From Eledone cirrhosa (Eukaryota), in the NCBI GenBank assembly GCA_964016885.1, contig OZ024760.1, positions 17,298,001-17,362,000 on the forward strand: a DNA stretch of 64,000 nt. Direction: 5' to 3'. The position numbers were made by a program, and so were the translations under genes. Below are positions 13,659 through 27,801 of the stretch, in pieces (the stretch's first letter is position 1; each line of letters begins with the position of its first letter). Under the pieces are notes generated by a model. That model worked only from the letters and a program-made list of their open reading frames with translations, did no database searches and was not told the origin of the DNA.

Positions 13659-13898
13659 CATACATATATATACACACAGGCACACAAACACTAGGTCTAT
13701 ATTTAACATGCTTTATTGTAAACGATTAATTTTCAAACATAAATAGCAACAGAACCTGATATGCCACCCTCATTAAAAGCACCTGAGGAGAACAACTACA
13801 AAAAAAAAGCTTTACACTTTTTTTTAAATTTGTGTTGGGATGTAAATATATATAAAAGTATATCTCCTATTTATTCTGTCTGTGTGTATGTGTATATA

Positions 13899-13942
<44 letters not shown>

Positions 13943-14002
13943 TATATTTGTGTTGGGATGTAAATACATAGAAGTATATCTGCTATTTATGGTCTGTGTG
14001 TG

Positions 14003-14080
<78 letters not shown>

Positions 14081-14135
14081 CGCACGCACATATTTGTGTT
14101 GGGATATAAAAATATATAGAATTATATCTGCTATT

Positions 14136-14262
<127 letters not shown>

Positions 14263-15293
14263 ATGTATGTATATGTATATATATATATATGTGTATATGT
14301 ATATATGTGTGTGTATGTATATGTGTGTGTATATATATGTGTGTGTGTATGTGTGTGTATATATATGTGTATGTATATGTGTGTGTGTATATGTATATAT
14401 ATATGTGTGTGTGTGTATGTATGTGTGTGTGTGTGTGTATGTGTGTGTGTGTATATATATATGTGTGTGTATGTATATGTATATATATATGTGTGTGTGT
14501 GTATGTATATGTATATATAATTTGGGTGCTTTGTCAAGTAGATTAATTAACTAGCTGCTTAATTACTGTGATTACTGGTCATAGTTTATTATTAGTGTCA
14601 GCATTATTTGGTTAGGTAGCAGCAGCCTGTGTTGTGGGGCTTGTGATTATTATTCTCATCAACACCACCACCAACACCACCATTACCACTGCCATCAACA
14701 CCACCACTAGCACCACCACCATCAACACCACAGCCAACACCACCACCACCACTAGCACCACCACCATCAACACCACAGCCAACACCACCACCACCACTAG
14801 CACCAACACCATCACCACCACAGCCAACACCACCACCATCACCACCACCACCAACACCATCATTACCACTGCCATCAACACCACCACTATCACCAGCACC
14901 ATCATTACCACAGCCATCACCACCACCACTATCACCACCACCACCACCAACACTATCACCACCACCATCAACACCATCACCATCATAGCCATCACCACCA
15001 ACACTATCACCACCGCCATCAACACCAGCATCATCATTACCACTGCCATCACCACCACAACCATCATCATCACCACCACCATCACAATCTCCACCACCAT
15101 CATCCCACCATTTGTAACAGCAGCATCACCACCACCATCACCAAGTACACAACAATCCCTCTGGTGGTGATGCCATGATACACTGGTCCTAATGCACTCA
15201 GTAAAGTGGAGGACATCCTGCTGTAGAAACTATACCAAAATATGAGCAATACCTGGTTCCTTGACCAGTCTAGTTTCAGACCATCCAACCCAT

Positions 15294-15356
<63 letters not shown>

Positions 15357-17175
15357 TAGACACACAAACACATTCACATTTATCACTCAGTAAAGCCAAA
15401 GAAAGGGTCTTGTAGAAGCCATTTCTATATTAATCCTTTAACATTTAAACCAGCCGAATCCGGCCAGAATTCTCTCACCTCTTTCTGTTCCAACTGGTCA
15501 TAACTGACTTCTTATACTTATGTTAAGGTATTGTTCTCTAAATAAATAATATCAAATAATATCAAAATCTCATAGCTTTGCATCAGTTGTTAGCTGTCGA
15601 GACACTGCATCCTTTAAAACCTCAATGCTTCCTGAAATTCGCCAACACTACACCTGATATTCCCCCTCCATACACATGTATATCATGACTGTTCATTTTC
15701 CTGACATTTGAACATTATTCTATGTACTATACATGCACCTTTGATGAGTTGTAGTGCACCTGAGCACTGTACACAATAATTTCATTATTATTATAAAATA
15801 CCACAAGGTTAACTTTGCCTTTCATCTTTACGGAGGGGTCGATAAAATAAAGTACCAGTAATGCACTGGAATAATTGCTGACCTTGTGCCAAAAAGTAGA
15901 AATAATTATTATTATAAAATACAATAGTAAATATAGAGTAATGTAAATGCTAAAGGGTTAAACTTGATGTTTACACTCTACAAATGTATTGAATACCTTA
16001 CTAACTATGGTTACATATATAATGAATAAAAACAGGTTTTATTGAAACAAGTGATCAGTAGGAGGGAGGGGTGGGTTGGTGGGTGCTCCCCCCTCCCCGG
16101 GGGGGTCCCTTCTCCCCCCTCTCCGAGGGGGGGGGACTTGTTTATTAGACAAAATAATGGGAGATGGAAAAAAAAAGACCAATGTTGTTTAGAGATTTTG
16201 AAAGGACCCACTTGTAATAGATGTTTAGTTAGAGGGTAGGAGGGTCGTCGGGGTCAGGTGTAGGGTGAGAGAGAGACTCAGAAATCTAACCCCAACACTT
16301 CCTACTCCCCCTTCCACCAGTCTCCTGTTTCCCCCAAAACCTGAATCTGTTCTAGGTCATAACCTAGATTTGGGGGCCAACTTGGAATTCACTTGTTTCT
16401 CTATGGTGACACACACACACACTGGAACACACAGACACACACACTGGAAGACACACACACACTGGAACACACACACAGACACACAAACACTGGGACACTC
16501 AGACACACACACACACTGGGACACACAGACACATACATTCACACACACACACACACTCACAGACAGACACATACACGCACAGGGACATAGACTGACACAC
16601 ACTCATAGACAGACAGACACGTGCTCATATACACAAACACATGGGGACATACACAAACACAGGGTCACATATATACACACACTGTCACTCATGTGTGTGT
16701 GTGTATATATATATATATGTGTTTGTGTGTATGTATGTGTGTATATGTTTATCTTACATGTATGTGTATGTCTGTAAGCATTTGGTTATTGGACAGTAAA
16801 ACTTGTGGAAGCATGGTTGTAATGGAGGGGGAGGAGGGTCGTGTAGGAGGGGGAAGGTTGTGATACTGTGTGAGATATATATATATATACACAAACACAT
16901 ATATATATACACACATACACATATATATACAAACATACATGTGATATGTATATATATATATATATATGTGTGTGTGTAATGTATATATATATATGTGTAG
17001 TGTGTATGTAATGTATATATATGTGTAGTGTGTATAATGTATATATATATGTAGTGTGTATAATGTATATATATATGTAGTGTGTATAATGTATATATAT
17101 ATGTAGTGTGTATAATGTATATATATATATGTGTATAATGTATATATATATATGTGTATATATATATATATTGTG

Positions 17176-17210
<35 letters not shown>

Positions 17211-17212
17211 TG

Positions 17213-17281
<69 letters not shown>

Positions 17282-17282
17282 G

Positions 17283-17313
<31 letters not shown>

Positions 17314-17326
17314 GTATATATATATG

Positions 17327-17357
<31 letters not shown>

Positions 17358-17362
17358 GTATA

Positions 17363-17435
<73 letters not shown>

Positions 17436-18024
17436 CCGGGAGAAGGGGGTAGTGGTGCTAAAACTGTTGGCCCCTGCTGGATTGAATGAAAGATATGGGG
17501 GTGGTAGGGGGGGGGTGAATACAGTTACTGTTGCTAGGAGGAAAAAGAGGGTGAGTAGTTGGGTGTTATGGTATGTAAAGCAGCCCCCACCCCCTCCTAC
17601 CTACATATTAGATGAAGGTGGGGACCAGAGGTGGGGATGGCACTGAAGATGTATGTCAGCTTATTCTAGGTCTGTTGTGTGACATTTAACCTAACCTCTG
17701 GTTGAAGAGGTCTATATACACACACACACACACACACACAAACACACGCGCACACACGCACGCAGTTACCTACATACACAATTATACACTCATATACACA
17801 CACTACTGCACACACACACACACACAATCTTACACTCATATACATACACATATTCAACTCACACACTGTCGCACGCACACACACATATACACTCATATAC
17901 ATACACATACTCAATCTACACACCGTTGCAAATACACACACAAATGCACACACAATTATACACCGATATGCACATGCATACTCAATCAACACACTGCAAC
18001 ACACACAGATATTCACCTACACGC

Positions 18025-18243
18025 AGTCCACGCTGTAATGTGGCCGTGTAGGTAACACGGTAAGAAGTTCCCAGTCCACACTGTAAACGTGGTTGGTGTT
18101 AGGAAGGGCATCCAGCTGTAGAAAACCTGCCAGGCAGTCCTATACGAGCGAGACACGGTCACCCGACCAACCTTGCCTCAAGTGGGACAACTCCCGTCCA
18201 ACCCATGCTAGCGTGGAAAATGGACATTAAACGATGATGATGA
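18025..18243 (+). mobile_element. Short non-autonomous retroelement with RTE-type (TGA)n tail and no visible tRNA head
   Basis: CAGTCCACGCTGTAATGTGG...GGTTGGTGTTAGGAAGGGCATCCAGC...CCCATGCTAGC...(TGA)n. Copies at about 4980-5195(-), 22995-23185(+), 52030-52350(-), 52925-53140(+), 54035-54260(-), and partial copies elsewhere. Confidence 0.75.
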
Positions 18244-18442
18244 CACACACGAAGACGCACAGAAATATATACATGCTGACACAAACACGCATACACAGAA
18301 ATGGAGACACAAACACACATTCACATTACCTGACACCTACACTAAAGGTTGCCACATGTACCCACTTTCTCTGACATGTAGCTGTACCCTAGAAAAGAAG
18401 GAGAGAAAAAACAGACACACACATATATAGTGTATATAATAA

Positions 18443-18835
18443 TTGTTTCTACTTTTGGCACAAGGCGAGCAAATAACCCAGTGTATTACTGGTACTTTAC
18501 TTTTTTTTTTTTTTGACCCTGTAAGGATAAAAGGCAAAGTTAACCTCAGCGGGATTTGAACTCAAATCATAAAGGGCCGTAACTCTATGCTGCAAAGCAT
18601 GACGTCCGACCCTCTACTGATACTGCCAATCGACCACCCTTAATATAATAATAATTGTTTCTACTTTTGGCACAAGGCCAGCAATTAACCAGTGTATTAC
18701 TGGTACTTTATTTTATCGACCCCGTATGGATGAAAGGCAAAGTTAACCCTGGCGAGATTTGAACTCAGATCATAAAGGGCCGTAACTCTATGCTGCAAAG
18801 CATGGCGTCCGACTCTCTACAGATACTGCCAATCC
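18443..18835 (-). mobile_element. Tandem dimer of the Meta/MESC-like SINE
   Basis: Two consecutive near-complete reverse-complement copies. Confidence 0.85.
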
Positions 18836-19069
18836 ATATATAATCTGCATATATATATATGTGCGGGGGGGGGGGGTTACTGTAAGTCCACACACGCACA
18901 CACACACAGACAAACGGATGTTTGCTTAAAAAAAAACAAAAACTGGAAATGCCCCTCACGTGTTCTTCCCCCACCACCCACCCTTCCGGAACTATAAAAA
19001 AAAAAGCAATTTCATATCTTACATGGGGAAATATCAAATCTATTTATAGATACATAAGTACTTTCTTTT

Positions 19070-19305
19070 GTTTGCCTCAGGCATTAGACTGTGGCCATGC
19101 TGGGGCACCGCCTTGATCTTTTTTTTATACTTGTTTCAGTCATTAGACTGTGGCCATGTTGGGGCACTGCCTTGATTTTTTTTTTTACTTGTTTCAGTCA
19201 TTAGACTGTGGCCATGCTGGGGCAAAGCTTTGAAAATATAAGGTTCTTTTTTTTTTTACTTGTTTCAGTCATTATACTGTGGCCATGCTGGGACACTGCC
19301 TTGAA
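19070..19305. repeat. Four copies of an about 60-bp motif (TACTTGTTTCAGTCATTAGACTGTGGCCATGCTGGGGCA...)
   Basis: Direct repeats; the reverse complement resembles a SINE 3' end and recurs near 41795-41822. Confidence 0.85.
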
Positions 19306-19504
19306 GGGATTATATTTGTTTTGACACAAACTGAAGGGTCCTTCCAACCCCTTGTTTAGTAAGCTTTCTATGATTGGATACCCTTCCTATCAGCAACCAC
19401 TTTACAGCATGTACTGGGTGCCTTTGTCCTGTAGATAACCAACACTAGAGAGGTTGGCAAGCTTTCTATGACTTGATGCCCTTCCTATCACCAACCATTT
19501 CACA

Positions 19505-19645
19505 CATGAGTGGAGTTCCACTGAAGCAGGTAGAGAAGTTCAAGTATCTCAAGGGCGTGTTCACGATTGATGGAAGGCAGGAGGCTGAATTAAGTGCAAG
19601 AATTGCAGGAGCTGGTGCAGTAAGGTGCCACCTTATGCATTCAGT
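19505..19645 (+). mobile_element. RTE (Rex3/Expander-like) reverse-transcriptase fragment
   Basis: LKQVEKFKYLKGVFTIDGRQEAELSARIAGAGAV resembles the conserved post-RT V.xFKYLG...I..RI motif. Confidence 0.75.
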
Positions 19646-19835
19646 CGAATGGATTTGCCATACACCTTAATCATGTTCACAATTTTTATTACATAGTCAG
19701 CTACTTCTCCCATGAACTCTACAAATCTGTCCCCTTAGGTGGTTCTGGGTGACTCAATCCTTGGGTATATATGTACATTAACATAGTTTCCAATTTAGGC
19801 ACAAGGCCAACAATTTTGGCAGAGGAGAAAGTCAA

Positions 19836-20044
19836 CCCTTTACCATTTACATTACTCTATATTTGCTATTGTATTTTCGCGGTAAAGGCTTTTGCCTCAC
19901 ATAATATCGAATCTATGAGATTTTGATGTTATTTATTTTGAGAACAATACCTTAATGTCAGTATGAGTGGCCAGTTATGGCCAGTTTCAACAGAAAGAGG
20001 TGGGAGAATTCTGGCCGAATATGGCCGGTTTGAATGCTAAAGGG
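19836..20044 (+). mobile_element. MITE family A copy inserted in a SINE tail
   Basis: Same TIRs and body; SINE sequence on both sides. Confidence 0.8.
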
Positions 20045-20599
20045 TTAAATCAACCCCAGCGTATTACTGGTACTTCATTTTATTGACTCCTAAAGGATGA
20101 AAAGGCAAAGCTAACTTGGCGGGATCTGAACTCAGAATGTAAATGGCCGTAACACTATGCCACAAAGCATGTTGTCTGATGTTCTACCAATTAATGCCAA
20201 TCCACTGTCCTAAATATTAACACACTAACTTCAAATTAGTCTATTTATAGATATCTATATTTTGGGATTTTCCACTCCCCTCCCCCCATCCCCCTATTCA
20301 CTTACCTACCTAACGCCATTGGTGATTAAGTAATTAATCCACAGAATTGTTTGAGCATTAATTAAGAAGATTGCTCATTCGTCTCCCCTGCCTTCGTCTC
20401 ACTCCTCATTTACTACATATTCCTATAATTGCTAGTCAAAGAAGTTAGCTAATGACTTCCTCAACTGCTGCGGAAGTCCACCAAAGTCTGCCATGTGATG
20501 TCATCTTACTAGAAATAGCAGCCAAATATCTCTGTTATTTCAGAATCTACCAGATTGGTGACTGGCATGAACAAGACCACTAAAACTGCATTAGGGTGA

Positions 20600-20801
20600 G
20601 AAGTATGGAAAAGAACCATACCTCATCGTCCTTCGTGAGGATGCTCGGTTGGATCCCCAAGCGAGACCAAGCCAAGCTTATGGATGTTATCCAACCATCT
20701 TGCTCTGGGTCTCCTGCCAGTCAGTTTTGCCCGCAAAATCAGTCCAGCGTTCTTTCCTGAGACATTCTAACCACATATCCATAGTATCGGAGCTGTGATC
20801 T

Positions 20802-20803
<2 letters not shown>
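20600..20803 (-). mobile_element. RTE (Rex3/Expander-like) 3' fragment
   Basis: Reverse-complement match to 41490-41650. Confidence 0.7.
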
Positions 20804-20866
<63 letters not shown>

Positions 20867-21504
20867 CGAAGGAAATGTGGTCTGGTTTTTTTCTTTTCTT
20901 TTTTTCTTAATAACTATTGAATTTCTTTTATCAATCATATTTTCTCCACCACCATCATCACCACCACCAACACCACCACCACTACCACCACCATCATCAC
21001 CACCACTACCACCACCATCATCATCACCACTACCACCAACACCACCACCACTACCACCACCATCATCACCACCACCACCATCACCACCATCATCAGCACC
21101 AACACCACCACTACCACCATCATCAGCACCAACACCACGACAACCATCACCACCACCATCATCAGCAACATCACCACCACCACCATCACCACTACCATGG
21201 TAATAAAAATGGTTTCTACTTTAGACTAAAGGTCAACAATTTGGGGGTGAGGGAAAAGTCAATTAAATCGACCCAGTGTGTTATTGGTACTTTATTTTAC
21301 CGACCCTGTAAGGATGAAAGGCAAAGCTAACCTCGGTGGGTAAAGGGCCATATCTTTATGCCGCGAAGCAGGGCGTCCGACGCTCTAACAATACTGCCAA
21401 TCTACCACCCTAACAATAATAATAATTTATATTTATTTTGTCATTTACTTCTGTTGTCCTAAGTTGTCTTGAGGAGGACATGTTTGGTTGGTTTAAAGAC
21501 CAGT

Positions 21505-21668
21505 TCTTGTTTCAATAATATTATTGTATTGTGTTATATTGTATTGTTACTGGGTTAGGTAGCAAGTTAAGGTCTTCTTGTTTCAATAATATTATTGTAT
21601 TGTGTTATATTGTATTGTTACTGGGTTAGGTAGCAAGTTAAGGTCTTCTTGTTTCAATAATATTATTG
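21505..21668. repeat. 70-bp tandem duplication, about 2.3 copies
   Basis: TTCTTGTTTCAATAATATTATTG...AGGTC repeated. Confidence 0.85.
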
Positions 21669-22042
21669 CTGTTGCTATTGTTATTGGGTTAGATGGTAGC
21701 TAAGGCCATTGTCCTCATTTCATTTCATTACCTGACATTCTTGGTTGTCTGGTGCTGTTGTTCTGCTAACTGCTTGTGTCCTTCAACTCTCTCGTACTAA
21801 ATATCTAACTGGTACCATGCCCTTCAACTAACTGGTACTAAATATCTAATACCATGTCTTTCATCTATATGGTACTTTATAACTAATTGTCCTTGAAAAA
21901 TATATATATATATATATCGTCATCATCATCATCATCATCATCATCATCGTTTAACGTCTATCTTCCATGCTAGCATGGGTTAGACGGGAATTGTCCCACT
22001 TGAGGCAAGATTGGTCGGGTGACTGTGTCTCGCTCATATAGG

Positions 22043-22116
<74 letters not shown>

Positions 22117-22161
22117 TTCAAAATATTAATAAATGAAAAATATTCTCATAACCAAAATATA

Positions 22162-22224
22162 TATTTTATTATACATATTTCAAAGGTACAATGGTGTTTC
22201 AGTACGTTTTCATCAGATAAAATA
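22162..22224 (-). ncRNA. Hammerhead motif inside an inverted repeat
   Basis: UAUUUUAU CUGAUGA AAACGUAC...GUACCUUU GAAA UAUGUA UA AUAAAAUA. Confidence 0.7.
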
Positions 22225-22735
22225 TACCTTTGAAATATGTATAATAAAATATATATTTTGGTGATGAGAATATTTTTCATTTATTATATTTTTAATAAAA
22301 TTAAATAATCCAGATAAATCTGTCGAGTGCTTCTAATCTATTGTAAAATTGAATTCGTTGAAAAATCAACGAACCATATAAACTTTTGGTTATATATATA
22401 CACACACACACAGATATATATATATATATATATACTTATATACACACACATATATACCCTTTTCTAGCTTGATAGTCATCTTCTTACTTCTCCCTCCAAA
22501 GAATTCAAGAATAGGGCTGAGTTGTTGGGTGTTGGCTTTGAGCTTCTATATATATATATACACATATATACACACATATATATATATATACACATATATA
22601 CAAAGACTGAATATTTTTGGCAATAACTTATTTATTATTAGGTTGACTTTCATGAAAAAATTCCTGGCTTCTCTTAATCTTTTTTTAGAGGAGTGTGGGT
22701 ATTTATATGTGTCACAGTATAATGTGTGTGTATGA

Positions 22736-22768
<33 letters not shown>

Positions 22769-22771
<3 letters not shown>

Positions 22772-22961
22772 TCATCATCATCATCATTTTACGTCCGCTT
22801 TTCCCTGCTTGCAAGGGTGGGACGGGTCTTATTCAGCACAGCATCTCTCCACTCGTCACGGTCCCTCGTCATCTCCAGCGTGAGCTTCAATGATCTGAGG
22901 TCTGTTCTCACCACCTCCGCCCATGTTTTTCGTGGTCTACCTCTACCACGTCTTCCGTCAA

Positions 22962-22962
<1 letters not shown>
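22769..22962 (-). mobile_element. RTE LINE 3' end with (TGA)n tail
   Basis: [22 protein letters not shown]...TRPTLASREKRT* followed by (TGA)n, embedded in (TA)n. Confidence 0.88.
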
Positions 22963-22999
<37 letters not shown>

Positions 23000-23242
23000 G
23001 GTAACACGGTAAAAACCTCCTAGTCCACACTGTAACCGTGGTTGGTGTTAGGAAGGGCATCCAGCCGTAGAAAACCCGCCAGACAGTCCTATACGAGCAA
23101 GACAACCAATCTTGCCTCAAGTGGGAAAACTCCCGTCCAAACCCATGCAAGCATGGAAGATGGACATTAAACGATGATGATGATGATATATGTATACATA
23201 CATATATATATATATATATATGTATGTATATATATATGTATG

Positions 23243-23275
<33 letters not shown>

Positions 23276-23338
23276 GTATATATATATATATATGTATGTA
23301 TGTATGTATATATATATGTATGTATATATGTATGTATG

Positions 23339-23369
<31 letters not shown>

Positions 23370-23470
23370 ATATATATGTATGTATGTATGTATATATATA
23401 TATATATGTATGTATGTATATATATATATATATGTATGTATGTATATGTATGTATGTATATATATATATG

Positions 23471-23502
<32 letters not shown>

Positions 23503-23563
23503 TATGTATGTATATATATATATGTATGTATGTATATATATATGTATATATGTATGTATGTAT

Positions 23564-23604
<41 letters not shown>

Positions 23605-23650
23605 TGTATGTATGTATATATATATGTATGTATGTATATATGTATGTATG

Positions 23651-23681
<31 letters not shown>

Positions 23682-24589
23682 CTGAGTGGGTAGAGTAAAT
23701 ATATATATGTATCTATGTGTATATATGTGTCAGTATATTTCTGTATGTGTGGGTATAAGTGTGTGTATGTATATATATATATATATACACACACCTGTGT
23801 ATGTCTGAGTAAGTAGAGTAAGTATGTAACCCATTTTAAGACCCATCCAGCCAGACATTGGGTGTAATTTTAGCTGTTCTTGAACTACAAAAATACCTTT
23901 CGAATTAGAACCGGCTCTCTCTCTCTCTCTCTCTCTCTCATACACACACACGCTCTCTCTCTCACATACACACACTCTCTCTCTTTCACATACACACACT
24001 CTCTCACACACACACTCTCTCTCCCTCCCTCTCTCACACACACACACACTCTCTCCTTCCCCCTCTCACACACACTCTCTCACCCTCTCTTCAGTTCTTG
24101 AACTTCAAAAATACCTGTGGAATGAGAACTCTCTCTCTCTCTCTCTCTCACACACAGACACACTCTCTCTCTCTCTCTCTCACACAGACACACTCTCTCT
24201 TTCTCTCTCTCTCTCTCACACAGACACACTCTCTCTTTCTCACACACACAGACACACTCTCTCTCTCTCTCTCCCTATCTCTCACACAGACACACTCTCT
24301 CTTTCTCTCTCTCTCTCCTTCACACAGACACACTCTCTCTTTCTCTCTCTCCCTCTCTCTCACACAGACACACTCCCTCTCTCTCACACACACTCTCTCT
24401 TTCCGTTGTTCTTGAACTACAAAAATACCTGTGGAAATAGAACTGTCTCCCCCCCCCTCTCTATATATAATCACTATTATTCTGTTCCAGTCTTCTCTCT
24501 CTTGTCTTCCCCTATCTGTCTCTCTCCCATTCTCTCTTTCAACTTACCTCTCTCTCTCTCTCACACCTCTCTACAGCCATCCATGACAA

Positions 24590-24940
24590 CCACCACCACA
24601 AGTCATTGGTTCACCACCACCACCACCATCACCTCCAACACCACCACCACAAGTCATTGGTTCACCACCACCACCACAAGTCATTGGTTCACCACCACCA
24701 CCACAACCAACACCACCACCACAAGCCATTGGTTCACCACCTCTACCACCACAACCAACACCACCACCACCACCACAAGCCATTGGTTCACCACCACCAC
24801 CACAACCAACACCACCACCACAAGCCATTGGTTCACCACCTCTACCACCACAACCAACACCACCACCACCGCCACAAGCCATTGGTTCACCACCACCACC
24901 ACAACCAACACCACCACCACAAGTCATTGGTTCACCACCA
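24590..24940. repeat. Compound minisatellite, ACAAGYCATTGGTTC plus (ACC)n
   Basis: Eight copies of the anchor motif with variable ACC-rich spacers. Confidence 0.9.
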
Positions 24941-25506
24941 ATGACTTTACCCATGAATCATGCCTATCTCTCCCCCTCACCTTGACTCCTCTCAAGACAG
25001 GAGATTATCAATGACAAGTCTTTCCTATCACCCCCCCCCCCCACACACACACACCTCACACACTTCTGAATACAATTACCCGGATATTTGCGTTTCCAGG
25101 TATCCCGTAAGGTGTGGTCTCCTTTGTAATGTTGTTATTGTCACCAGTGTCGCTGTTGTCCACCACCCTAACAACACACCACCAACACCACCTCCTCCAC
25201 CACAACATTCACTAACAACACACCACCAACACCATCACAGTCCTCTCTACCCTATATTACCTCTGGTGAATCACCAGTCACTTTACAGAGTGTCCTTGGA
25301 GTATTTTATCATGGCACCAGCACCAAAGAGGTTATCATGACTAAAAAGTTCTCTCTATCCTATATTACCTCAGGTGAAGCACCAGTAACTTTACAGAGTG
25401 TTTAAAAAGTTCTCTCTACCCTATATTATCTCTGGATGTATTTTATCATGGCAGAAATTCTAAAGAGGATGTCATCTCCTCTCTGCAAGTGACATCTCTC
25501 TTCTGA

Positions 25507-25772
25507 GGTGTCTTTGATCTTAGGACAACTGGATCAAGACTGACCTGGTGCTGGTATAGCTGGGGTGTCTTTGATCTTAGGACAACTGGATCAAGACTGA
25601 CCTGGTGCTGGTATAGCTGGGGTGTCTTTGATCTTAGGACAACTGGATCAAGACTGACCTGGTGCTGGTATAGCTGGGGTGTCTTTGATCTTAGGACAAC
25701 TGGATCAAGACTGACCTGGTGCTGGTATAGCTGGGGTGTCTTTGATCTTAAGACAACTGGATCAAGACTGAC
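25507..25772. repeat. 57-bp minisatellite, about 4.6 copies
   Basis: GGTGTCTTTGATCTTAGGACAACTGGATCAAGACTGACCTGGTGCTGGTATAGCTGG. Confidence 0.93.
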
Positions 25773-26109
25773 TTGGAGGTAGACAAGAACAAGGAGAATA
25801 GAAGGACAAGTGAGAAAATGTCAGACAATTTCAGCAAGGTTGTGTTGTTGTCAAGTGTCGTACATTGGAATGTTAGACATGAAGGACTCTTTGGTGAAGA
25901 ATGGAATACACACACACACTTCAGTGAAGAATAGAACATACACACACACATGTATATATATACATACACACCCAGACAAACACAAAGACACATGCATAGA
26001 CACCCATACATACACAGAGACACATATAATACACACACACATACATGCATGCACAAACACACAATATACAATTTCTCTATCTGATATTCTTTGACTCTCG
26101 ATTATGGTG

Positions 26110-26650
26110 TAAGCAGTAGTGGTGGTGGTGGTAGTGGTGGTAGTGGTGGTGGTGGTGGTTGTGGTGGTGGTGGTGGTGGTGGTGGTGGTTGTGGTGGTGG
26201 TTGTGGTGGTGGTGGTGGTGGTGGTTGTGGTGGTGGTGGTGGTGGTGGTTGTGGTGGTTGTGGTGGTGGTGGTGGTGGTGGTTGTGGTGGTTGTGGTGGT
26301 GGTGGTGGTAATAGAGATGATGGTGATGATAACAGTAGTAGTACCGGTAATAGTAGTAGTGGTGGTGGTGGTTGTGGTGGTGGTGGTATTGGTGGTGGTG
26401 GTGGTTGTGGTGGTAGTGGTGGTTGTGGTGGTATTGGTGGTGGTGGTGGTAGTGGTGGTAATGGTAGTGGTGGCGGTGGTGGTGGTGTTGGTAGTGGTGG
26501 TGGTTGTGGTGGTGGTGGTGGTTGTGGTGGTGGTGGTGGTGGTGGTGGTATTGGTGGTGGTGGTGGTGGTGGTGGTAATAGAGATGATGGTGATGATAAC
26601 AGTAGTAGTACCGGTAGTAGTAATAGTAGTAGTGGTGGTGGTGCTGCTGC
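26110..26650. repeat. (GGT)n-based trinucleotide tract
   Basis: Seen directly. Analogous ACC/ATC/GGT tracts at 14660-15140, 20945-21197, 35445-35845, 36420-36890, 50330-50780. Confidence 0.93.
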
Positions 26651-26684
26651 TGCTGCAAAGATGTTATAGCAATGATGTTTGTGA

Positions 26685-27801
26685 TTTCATCATCTGGTGT
26701 GATGTGAAGGTTGCCACATCACTCTCCCCCCTCCTCCTCCTTTCACCACATCCCACAACCACCATCACGACCACCTCTACCTCCCACCACCACTACTTCA
26801 CCAGAGCAGCACCATCATCACCACTTCTACTCCTACCACCCCCCTCATCATCACCTCTACCTCCACCACCCCACACTCCTGTTAAGTTTCAGTTGCTGAT
26901 GGCAATGGTAGATGTGAGTTACATCAGCCAGTTCTGGCTCCAGGCTACACATCATAAGATTATCCTTGTTGTTCTATTTCATTGACTTACACCATCAACA
27001 CCAACACCACCCTCACCACCACCATTACACTACCACCAGCATCACTACAAAAACACCTCCACGCCGCCTACACCATTATGCCAACATCAACACCACCATC
27101 ATCACTACACCAACACAACCGACACAAGAAAAACACTTCCATACCACCACCACCACCACAACTACACAAACACCTCCACGACCACCACCACACCAACACC
27201 ACCATCATATACTTCTGTATCACCATTACAACGAACATCACACCACTCTACTAGTTAGTCATGGTTGGAACACTGATTCAAGGTTGACCTAGGGCTAAAC
27301 AACAACAACTATTCCCCAAATCATTAATTAACAATTTCTCTCCACCCTCTCCCGTTACTTTACTTGTTAACCTATGTGTTACCCCTCCCCACCGACAATG
27401 ATAATGATATATAAGGACTACATTATCCAGTATACCAGTCCCCGTTGCATCCTTCTTCAACCTTTCTGAAAAGCAAACCACCTGAAACCACCTCTGGTTC
27501 TATGATAAGAAAGAAACTTTATTTCAACATGTTTATTTTTATCTAAACATCTTCCACCCCAATTTTATGTAAGAGTCTTTTGTTATATAAGAGTTCCAGA
27601 CACCAGCTTAGTAATGGTTTCTGAAAGAGGCACAAGGTCAGCTTAATACTAAGAAAGTTTACATATATTACTAAATCCTGCCAACTTCTTCATTATTTTC
27701 AAAATGTATGGAATACCATAGTGAGACAGTGTCTTTCATAGTAATATGGTAATGAAAGGGTTAATGATATAGACAGTGTCTTTCATTAGAAATATGGTAA
27801 T
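26685..27801 (+). repeat. 1.1-kb segment duplicated at 29442-30566 (copy 1)
   Basis: Near-identical direct repeat with small indels. Confidence 0.95.
27458..27760 (+). mobile_element. MITE family B body whose right terminus is tandemly amplified
   Basis: Degenerate AACCTTTC left end, ...GAAAGGG|TTAA right end; similar subterminal sequence at 39040-39148. Confidence 0.5.

Noticed and set aside
13761-13790. [12 protein letters not shown] as a possible CHERP first exon
   Set aside because: No GT donor at the expected position and no downstream SURP exon.
24590-24940. Repeat-spacer pattern (constant 15-mer with variable spacers)
   Set aside because: The spacers are ACC microsatellite variants of one another.
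26091-26985. Gly-rich, poly-Val and poly-His ORFs
   Set aside because: A (GGT)n tract open in several frames, with no convincing splice context or synonymous codon variation.
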